Source: Raillietiella orientalis | Taxonomy: Eukaryota | Direction: 5' to 3' | DNA: 64,000 nt | NCBI GenBank assembly: GCA_036172245.1 | Contig: JAYWIR010000011.1 | Span: forward strand, 3,968,001 to 4,032,000 | Notes under the pieces: generated by a model | The model's input: only the letters and a program-made list of their open reading frames with translations | The model's database searches: none | Told to the model about the DNA's origin: nothing | Shown: positions 53,561 to 64,000 of the stretch, piece after piece | How the letters are laid out: each line of letters begins with the position of its first letter | Numbering within the stretch: the first letter of the stretch is position 1 | Program-made: the position numbers and the translations under genes

Positions 53561-56382
53561 GAATAAACAAGGAGATCCCTGTGCCAATAGTTTCACCGCT
53601 CCTGGAATCACACTTCATGCCACCGATGTTTTTTTCTGCGCTGAAAATGTAAAGTTCGATGACGAAAATCACCTCATTGACAAAATTTGTTCAAAACTAC
53701 CCTTTAAACGGTCCCTATTTCTTTGCCGAAGCAAAGCCAGGCTACTGAAATATTCCGAGTGAACTCCTTGACAAGAGTGCCGCTGAATATTTGGGAACTG
53801 ACATAAGAGACGTTCAAACTGATTCTGAAAGAGGTGAAGAAGAAGAATCCATGCTGTTATAAAAAAAAAAAAAAAAACTCAAACATTATCATACATAGGT
53901 TAGGAGGAGCACCTGAAGCCGCAGGCGCAATATTACAGTCCATTCGTCTGACTCGGTTGATGATGTATCACACAGAGCATGAAAATATACAACTGACAAT
54001 TATTCTTGGAACTCACATATCCTGATGTATCTGCATTTGAAAAGGTCAGCTGACCACACACTCGGAGTGCCGATCATTGACACAAACTCTGTCTTAGTGG
54101 AGACCGTAAGTTCTAAACTTCAGCGTGATTTCTATACAGGAGGAGTTTGTAAAAGCTCCCTGGATGGCTTCGCAATTGCTGCACATGCTCCAAATCAAAT
54201 CTGGGAGAGAGCATGGTGTTCTTTTGCTTTTCACCATTTCGATTCTTACTCTAAAGCCATGGAAATGAATTTTCATGAATGATGCTGAGATGATTCGATA
54301 TGATTATTTTTTGACCCAATGATTATCATGCAATTACTGACCGCAATGAACCAATTTCTCTGATACATTAGATTATGGAATAAGCCGTATTGAATACTTC
54401 TAGAATACTTGCAGAATAAACTATCTGATGCAAAAAAAAAAACAATTTATTTGGATCATAACTATCAGTGATTAGTTATTTTTCTCTCATCGTATGCACT
54501 TATATCCAATGTTTCTTTGTCTGTTGTTGAAACAAGGATAACCGAGTACAGATGAAATCAAACAAACCACATATTCCGAGGAAAACAGTAGAAGCAGCTT
54601 GCATGTTCGGACGTTTTAAAATACAACATGTACGAACAGAACAATTTAAACAAAACAAACTAAAAAAAAATCTTTCGGCTGTCACCAATAAACTGTTAAC
54701 TGCTCACTGTTAAAATGAACTCTCGCACCGCGAGCAAAATTAATGAATTACCACAAATTCTTATATTCAGAATCGTGATTAAAGACAGCTTAATTCTGCA
54801 TTCATGAGACTAAACCTTGGTGAAAACGAAAAACAAAGTACTACAGTGCCACAGAAATTCACTGCTTTGACGTTGAGTAAAACCTTGTAATTAATAAAGC
54901 AGTAAATAGCACTGCCTTTATGTTAGTTACGTGGCATTAATGATGTGGCACCCCTCTTGCATGGTGTTGACTCCCAATAGTACAGTGGCCCCACAAGTTT
55001 GCTTCAGCAAAAAAGTGGGACAGTTCAAAGGATTGATTCGAACAAATTTTATCAATATGATGCATTTCATTTCTTCGCTGACCTTTACTTTCCAACAATA
55101 AAAACTGTTTAAATTGGAATATAACATCTTATAATTTACAACAGTAAAATTCTTGTATTTCGTAATCAGGTTTTCAATTTAATTTGAGGCTCGTCTACCA
55201 TATTTATCAATTCACTTATTAATTAGAATCATTGATTAGAATTACTAAAATCTCGTGACGAAATAGATAAAGTATCGTGAGTTCATTATTTCATTGCTAA
55301 ATTAAACATTGTTTACAAATTATTGTTCATTATTGTTCTATTTAGGATTTTTGATAGACAAACTAATCGAATTCTGATACAAAAGACAAATTCAAATTTA
55401 AAGAAAGCATTCACATGAATACCCTAGGTTTCTGAAATTGCAATAAATCCCACATACTCCTTGGCTTATTGAATTGAAAACTAAAAACTAGGTGATTACT
55501 GAATACATGTCAATGCACATAACATGCTTTAAACCAATTCATTCTAAGACAGATTCTACACTACTGCATTCGGTTTACTTTTTATTTGTACCAATCACTA
55601 TTTTGTTGCAATCAACAATTGCGAACTCTTACATATCTAGGGATGAATTAGTCTTAGTAGTATGTAATGTATATAATGGGGCACACTAATCAAGTAATTG
55701 AATACAGCTACCAGTTTTTCTTATTCAGCTCATAAAAAAATCATCAATTTCCAATAAACGATATGGAATCAAAACAGGATGTGGTGGGCAGTTTCCAAAT
55801 CAGGACGCCTCCCCGTTTCGTGACTGTGACTTCGTTAGGAATTTGGTAACCTTCAATTCCCCCGAAATTCCCTGTGCATTTTGGTGCGCGCACACCGTTT
55901 TGACCTTGTCGTGATTTGAACATTTCGTTTTATAAACGCAAACGCGGGGGAAAACGTTCATAAGGGCTTCCACACCGCCGCGAGTATGCTGCATGTGCTC
56001 AGCCAACAATTATACTCTGTAAATGAAAGAGTAATGCCATTATTCATAAACTTGTTGTATTTTTGTTTCCCCTTCAATATCAGTTGGCCCTATCTTTGTA
56101 GTATTTTATGAGCAAGTTTTCTATATTTTGTTATTTGAAACGGACTGAAAAAATTTCACAGTTTTAAACTGCATTTTGTACAACATAATCTAATCATCTT
56201 ATGCAATCTTTTTCCATGAATTGAGATACATGTATGCAATATTCATATCCATTCTCTACCAATGGCTATTCTAGATTTTCATGGCAGATACTCTTTCATA
56301 TCCTATGCAATTTTATGAGAACCAATAATGGTTCTGAGGCCAAATCAACATAATTTTTAAAGGTAACTGTTGCTAAGACTGG

Positions 56383-56498
56383 ATTGAGTTCACTTGTTAT
56401 GGAATCAGTTTATATTTGTTATTGAGTTCATTTGTTATGGAGTTAGTTTATATTTGTTATTGAGTTTATTTGTTATGGAGTTAGTTTATATTTGTTAT
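56383..56498. repeat. 38-bp AT-rich tandem repeat, 3 copies
   Basis: ATTGAGTTCATTTGTTATGGAGTTAGTTTATATTTGTT x3 with a few substitutions. Confidence 0.92.
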
Positions 56499-59400
56499 AT
56501 TTCATTAATGATGATTGTGATGCAACTCCATCTTAAGACTTTCACACTAAAGTCTCCCAATATCACGTATCAAGCCTTCAAAATTGTTGCTGCAATACCA
56601 AACTTTAACATATATTCAGAAAACACTCTTACTTTAACAGCATGCTTCTCTTTGAACTTGATGCAATAAGCTATATCCTAAATTATTTGTCAAAGCTTCT
56701 TCCAAGCTTAATCCAATTTTATTTTTAACACAGTTCTTTATGATGATACCTAAATGATATTCATAATATTTTCTTTTTTTAAATCAAGGCGTTTTTTGCT
56801 TTCAGTTAATTAGAGAAGGCAGAGAACAACATTTCTCATTATTCTCAGTACGTCCGCTTTGATGGAAAACCTATTTTAACACAATGTAATTGTTCCCAAT
56901 CTATGAGTAGATTTCAATATGTAGTATATAGTGAAGGCGTGCACCCTTATGGTTAGTATATTTCTAAGGCTAAAACGCTATAAAAAAAAGACTATAAAGA
57001 CTTTTTGATGGCAAAGATAATCGAAGGCAAGTATCTCCCAATTGCTTCTAATTTTTAGTTTATCTGTCATTCCGTAAATAATTCTTCAGCTTGGAGATTA
57101 TAACAACCATCTCAATCTCAATTGCTCAGAAAGTACACCTTCACCCCTATCTTTCGATCTCCAGGATCTTTTCTGAGAATCTTGTTTTCTTTGATTGTTT
57201 CCTAACCATTTACAAAAAATTAGTCTAGTGTAGGGCTTAAGGTTTTGCAAAGGATTATCCAATATTTCGATTACTACTTTTATGGTTATAAACAGTTATC
57301 TGATTGACCATAAACAAGAATTTCGAGTTCAATTTCAACACAAAAAATTGCAGAAAACTTATAATTTTGTAAGTCAAAAAATCTTTTCAGTTTTCAAATG
57401 TATTCAATTAATGCATGGGCACGCACACAACAAAGGAAAAGGATGCCTTTACCTTAACTTGGGATTCCAGTATTGATTCATCCCATTGCAGAACATCATT
57501 ATTCGTTTTCCTCAAATAATACAGCGATCATGAAGGCAAATTTCAGTTGGAACGTCTAATTTGAAAATAAGGAAATGTGGGTAAAGGGTAATATAAAGCA
57601 AAGTATTTGATTATAAGTGAAAATAGGCATAGTTAGTCTGCACAGTCAAGAAATCTCGTGATAAAATAATAAATGTTACATGCTCTTCTTGATAAGCTTT
57701 CAAAGTTGAAATAATCCAAAATAAAATCCATTCCTCAACCTTTGCTTCTTACTCCTGGTACTAATAAACGTTTAGTGTAAATTTTCTCAAATCACAGCAT
57801 GACATTAACAAAGTAGTGAGAAATTATGTAAACTTAATGTTTTTCCATATTTCATTTTCAGAATTTTGAAACTACTGAAGCTCTACATTACAAACCAATT
57901 CGCAGCAGTGAAACAGCTCCTTAGTCTCGAACTTTTCAAATGAAAGCCGGTTATGAGCGTATTGGTTTTCTTCTACGATTTTTGGTCTAATTCAAATACT
58001 TGCCATCTTTACTCAACTATCACGACAGTTATTTAATTCATGTAGTGCTACCCCTTCTTGAGTCCTTTCGCAATAATGCTAAAATAAATGAACTATACTT
58101 AATTTTTATCTAAAACTCTATGACTACGGCATATAACATGAAAAGTGCTGCTCTCGCTAAATTTATCATGTTCTCCCGAATAAGACATCTTGCAAAAAAG
58201 ACATCAATCCAATGATGTCAGATCTCTGTATGCAAAATCCTATGACTAATATGTATCCTTATTGGAGACATACAGAATTCCCATAATAAGCTATTCTTGA
58301 AAGAGAAAACAGGTTCAGGTTCCCAGGAAGCAACAAAAAAACCACTTTTCCATAAATTCTTGCAAAAGTAAGGCCGAAGCATGAAATCTATCTTGGATTA
58401 AATTGTATTATACGCTTCCATTATCATGGATATTTGAAAATCAACTGTGATAATAAAATATCTGCCATCTTGCGTTGTGATCTCCGTATGTGTACCTACT
58501 TTGTTTTAAGAGAAAGTCTTTAGTTACATAAGTATATCCATAGTAATAAGGTGAGGCGAACTAATCGAATGACCTGAATGGATGTGACCAAATATAATAT
58601 ATCTCAAATGAAATTATGGAACCACTTCTCAATGGTTTTCCATCCCTCTTCTTGCAAGACTTGCTGAACAGACTTCATATGCTCACTGATGTCTTTTTTT
58701 CTGAGTGATACACATAGCGACTTCTTTCATATTGACACCCACGTTAACAGACTTCCATCTTCAAGAATATTGACTTTCAAAGATTGTCAGAATGCTTTCA
58801 TTCGGGATGATCTTTACATTTATGGCCCTTTTAAACCATCACTAATAAGCTAAACAGCTTTTCGATCGGAATATTTTCTGCAGTGACACCTTCATTCTGT
58901 GACGATATCTTCTCTTATCTCAATCCCTGTTTGTTATCTCTATCTCACCTACTTCCTTTATCATTTTATGGTTTTATAATCTTAGAGTGTCTTCATTTTT
59001 TTCAATGAAACGATGAATCCAGGAAATAATAAATACTTGTTCCTAATTAAGACTCACCATGGGAATCAACACACTTAAATGTATATAAAAAAATATAGCG
59101 AGCCAAATCTATTCTTCAAAGCATCGTCTATTACATGTATATATGCATTCTTAGTAGCTGCACTTTAAAGTATCAAATTAAAATCCGCAAATATATCTAT
59201 AGGTACTAACAGGACTTCTATTTGAATACGGTACTTCTCTTAACAACGAGGTCGGTAATCACTAAAATCATAGAAACCTCGACACTTTTCATAAGGTTTA
59301 GTCTTACAACTTGCGATAATCAAAGGAACTTAAAGCTGCTATTATTCATGTTAGCAGTAAAAAGAGATTATCAGAATATGCTTTTTACCCAAATATGTAC

Positions 59401-60259
59401 AAGAGATCAAACATGTCTCTCATCAAAGCAAAACGACAAATACTAAATTTCATGCAACCGCTTCAGGAGCGTCTGACTCTGGGTATATTACCCTGACTTT
59501 AATTTCTTGTTTCTGCGTGCTAATTCGACTTGGAGCAGACTTTTCACCGTCTGTTTTCTTCTATAAATTTCTCCTATAAAGAAAGACATGTGAAGTTCAT
59601 CATATATACATTCGCATATGAATCAAAGCATCTAAAAATACAGAGAAGTATGCATCCAATGCATTCAGAAAATAACACACTGCAGAAAACCAAAAACGTG
59701 ATTTGACGAAAAATGGATTCTATCTGAAACTAGATGCAATCTACAAGTAGTCTCTACATTGCGTATTTGTTAAAACATGAACACGTATTCCAAGAGTGTG
59801 GTGGCCATTTAATTGAACAGGAACATAACACGAAAGGAGATGCAGCTCATCTAAGAAAAACTCTTGGACTCAATAATTATCCTGAAATGCTTAAACATCG
59901 CTCCCCATGAAATTCATTTCATTTAATGCAATTTGCATCATTAAATCCTTCAAGTTCCAAAAGCAAAGTGCCAGTACTCACGTGACTTCATAGCTATGCG
60001 CAGCTCCTGTTGCCAGGTGCATGTTCTGGGGAATGCAGTAGGAGATGGGGATGAAAGTTTGCTGCTGTACTTCGATATTCTTATGGCACCTATAATTCCG
60101 CCTTTGAGGAAACCAAAGTGCAACCACGAAACTGGATTCCATCCATACCTACACCAATGAAAACAACGGATCTTGAACACGAAACATCAACATGATACTA
60201 TCAAGTATGTGATAAATGTTTCTTCATCCCAGCTATCGATAAGATCGCGGGAAGTAAAT

Positions 60260-63200
60260 CCAGAATTACAGATATTTGTAGAATGTGACTGTGTAGCGTT
60301 GAGTTGTGTAATGTTCCCGATGTGATGTTGAATTTGTTAAATTCGCATTCATGTTTGTGTTTTTCTTCATAGGGTTTTTGAGAAATTCATTGAAAGTCAT
60401 GTGCCCCCTGTGGCCATTCCATTTTGTCATATTGTATGCCGCCCTATTTGCTTTGTTTTATTCTATCTGCAAAGTGTATGCCATTCCAACTCTGCAGAAA
60501 TTGAACGTGTCGTTCTATCCACCAACGGCTAAATTATTCGAACATGAAACACAAGAATTTTTTTGCGGTCTGAATGACTTGAATTGTGGTGAATTAGGTG
60601 ATTTTACCGTCGACCTGGAGAATGAGCATCCCGAAGTAGCAAACCTAGAAGGAAATAAGACTTATTTCTTTCACTGTTCCCTGTACGATGAATATAATTG
60701 GAAGCAAAATTTTTCCTTCAACATGACAGGAAAATTTTTAGGTCACACCTATGTGAAGGTGAATTTGAAAGCTGCAAATGTCACGAAACAGTCAGATGCT
60801 CTCCAAATCAGTGTTCTTCGCAAGCCCCAGTTGTTGAATAAGATATTTGTATATTCAGTTGCAGCATTAGTTGCAGTGATTTACATTAACATGGGATGCA
60901 CAATTGACATGACCATAGTAACCAGTGTTTTGAAACGTCCTGTAGCTCCTTTTCTTGGATTACTGTGTCAGTATGTGGGGATGCCCCTGGTAAGCTGAGA
61001 AAGAGACGGACATGAGAGTGTTTTCTAACATGAAACTCTCTGAGAACAATTGCGAATTTGGAAGAGTGGTTGCCTTTCAAAGATTTCAGATAAAACTTTG
61101 AGCCAAATGTAGATCAGAATTTCTGAATGTTTGCCAAAGTGTGCTTTGTACCATGGCATATTCCTCAGCATCCTGAATGCATTAGGAAGCATGGTTTTCG
61201 TGAATGAAACTGGACTGAGAAACATTGCTGTAGTTGTTACTTTTCTTGTCAGTGGGTAATTGGTAATCACGAGTTAGTGTGTCTTGAGTGCTGCTTGGGT
61301 GCAATCGTCACTGTCGTTAATGGATGCCATGAGGTGAGAATGCAATCGATGCTTTGGGGGCTGATTTCTGGAAACGAATTCCTGGAAGCATGCAATAGAT
61401 GCTGCTGCTTACCAAAGTGCCCGTAAGCCAAAGCTGGTTGTCATTTTGAGCAGGGAGAGGTTTGCATGTGCAGTTTGCTAGGGTTTTCTCATTAGTCTCG
61501 TAAATTTGATAGCAGTAAATTTGGAAGCATGCAAGTATCATTTGTTTCATTTCTGAATACATGCTGAAAGAGAATGCAGCACCACATGCACAGACAAAAG
61601 AGTGAGAATGTGAAATGGGAGAGCATAGGTTTTTGAAGAATAGCAGTCTGAAAGCAATGGAACATACTGATTGTAGCATTCCTGGGGTAGCATGTTATAT
61701 GAAATGTTCATGCTCGTATCTGGAAGTTGTTTGTGGTTCTTGGAAAAATGTGGAGTTTGGTGTTTGGGAAAATGATTGTTTTCCATGGTGACTTTTTACA
61801 CTTGGTGACTTCACTAATGTATTTCCCAGTTTCCTTGATGTTCTTCTTGCCCAACATATTGTATTATCTCGATGTTGTTTTTCCAAGCTTGATTTTCCAT
61901 TTTAGATCTCATTTTGTTTGGCTTATGCTTTCCTTGCTCCACCCGGATTGAAGTTGGGATTATTTGCTACTGGATGTAGCCCTGGAGGTGGTGCCTCGAA
62001 TATCTGGACATATGTGCTGAATGGAAATCTGAACTTGAGTCTTACCATGACTTTCATCACTACCGTTTTGGCATTTGGTGAGTATATTTGTGAACTTGTG
62101 TTATGCTTGTAGGAGCATTCTGCAGGTATTGTGATGATTTTCAACAGTGTTGTGTGTTTGTGTCTTGAAAGTGCTTTTGTCATCATGTGCTTGCACTTTG
62201 TAAATTATGCCCGAGTTGTACTTAGGAATTCAAGTAATCCCGTGATGGTTTTGGTTTTGGAGAAATGCAGAAAGTGTGTCATTGCAGAATGTTTAACCTG
62301 TTTTGTGTGTGGATTTCCACGGGCTGCATGCATTACATGCTGTGAAAGATTGGAAGATTGGTTTTGTATAAATGACAGTTGAGCACGGTGTTTTGTTTTT
62401 TGCTCTAGAAAACTAGATTCTTTGCGTATTGAGTATTACACAGACGATTGAGTGCTGCTGCATTCCTCCACCAGCCTTGCAGTTGGAGGAGCAGAGGCCC
62501 TGCATTCTGTTTGAAGCAACTGCAATTGTTGTTGACATTTTTCTCAAGTATGTAGAGATTGTGTAGGTAACTGTGAGCTGGTGTGTTTGCTGTGTCCTGG
62601 ATGTATAAGAGAACCATGTAGTTTCCTTTGGATTAGTGGCTTTTGTTGCTTCTGTGTTTCATTTCCTAGTTGTTGTGGTTTTTTTCGTGTGAACACATTG
62701 CAAGCAGTTACAAATTGCAATTGCGACGTCTCTTGGGGGTTCTTAGATCCAGCTTCTTCCTCAGGGTTGCAGCCTCAAGGGTTGTGATTCGACAGTTTGT
62801 TGTTCCTTCTGAAATGTTCAAAAGACAGCAGCAAGGACAAAGTTTACCTGCAAACAATAGAGTGTGTGCCCAGATAGCACGACATGGCCACATGTTTGGA
62901 GGCATTAGTGCTCATGGGGCATTGTTTCTGGTGCCGGATCTCTCTTTTTCTTCTCCAGTAAGAAGTCAACGTACATGTGTGCAAAGTACAGGCAGGTGAT
63001 TTTGTTTCTGTCAACAGAAGGGCATTTGGAAAGTTGTTGTGTTTGTTCCCCTGTGTGGAAAGCTGCCTCTTCCTATGATCCTGTTTTATGCTGTGGAATG
63101 CTTGTCGCGCACTTTTATTAGCTTTCATTGTTTCGATGGGTTGCGAACTCGAGCGTTTGCTTTGCTTGGATTCCGACTGCCCTTCAACACATCCGATGAT

Positions 63201-64000
63201 TGCAGTTGACGGGGGATTTTTGAAATTTGAAGCTCATTGATTAATGGGTGTTTGGTGCTTTCTTCAGTGGCTATGCTTCCCATCTCTGCAGCATTTGGTT
63301 CAGTGTTGTTGCCACCGAAAGATGCCGGATCATCACCTTAAAGGGCCTTACGGGTTTTGGTTTTGAGTTTTTCTTTGGATTTGTGTCCTGAAAGGACTAA
63401 GGGAATGGAGGAAAACAAGAATAAAGGAGCAGGCACGCGAACACCTGTGAATTCGATTGAGGATGCCGAAAATCGCTAACCCTTGATTTTGTGCATGTCC
63501 AAACTGGTTAACTGGTACTGGAATGCTAGCTGTTGCCAAGTGCTTTTGTTAGCTGGCAAATCGTGGAGCGGTTATTGATTCGTTAATTGAAGCAGAGTTG
63601 ACATGTAGGGACCGGTATTTAGGGGGTTTCTTCAAAGAAATGTTATCACTACTGTATTCTTAAATGCATAATTACTTTTTTGAATGCTCCCTGAAGGTAT
63701 GCTTTGCTTGGTTGCATTTCAGGACTAATGCCTGCTTGGTTGTTCACTCTTGGTGATGTTTTATTCAATGAGGCCAACTTACATGTACCGTACATGCAGA
63801 TAGCCACTGGAATATTCTCCTTGGTGATTCCGTTGGGCATTGGTTATCTGATACAGCTGAAACTTCCCAAAATCAGCAAGTTTATGGTGAAACTGCTCCG
63901 TCCTTTGTCTGTTTGCCTGCTTGTCTACATTGTGTTGTTTGCAATCATCACAAATTATAGTTTGTTTCAGCTATTTTCATGGCAGGTGAGTACCTAAGTG
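60260..64000. repeat. Right arm of the inverted duplication (continues past the window end)
   Basis: Reverse complement of ~47331-51070; similarity fades near 60260-60275. Confidence 0.97.
60399..63985 (+). CDS. SLC10 family sodium/bile-acid cotransporter-like protein, copy B (3' exons outside the window)
   Basis: Exons 60399-60989, 61906-62077, 63723-63985 have the same sizes as in copy A, with open frames and intact splice sites. Confidence 0.92.

Noticed and set aside
57900..59000. Possible decayed Gypsy integrase tail in the spacer (KGP-like fragment on the - strand)
   Set aside because: Only one short motif; too degraded to support.

Overview
AT-rich eukaryotic (animal) genomic DNA with mostly 40-55 nt spliceosomal introns. 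The tiny introns, a minor-class intron and the piggyBac style are compatible with a basal (clade I-like) nematode, but this is inference only. Five multi-exon protein genes were reconstructed by hand: WDR6/Trm734 (-, ~7.1-12.4 kb), CASC3/Barentsz (+, 22.7-30.5 kb), DIP2 (+, 33.9-46.6 kb) and two SLC10-family Na+/bile-acid symporter-like genes. The two SLC10 genes form a head-to-head inverted duplication (arms >=3.7 kb, ~9.2 kb spacer), and the second copy runs off the window end. Accessory DNA holds a frameshifted Bcl-2/Bax-like remnant, decayed piggyBac, LINE and probable hAT/LTR fragments, a MITE-like inverted repeat and two minisatellites. The most notable observations are patchy homogenisation of the SLC10 palindrome, a U12-type intron plus a junction that cannot be closed canonically in WDR6, and the Bcl-2-like remnant. 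I found no clear evidence of a wholly new multi-gene system.
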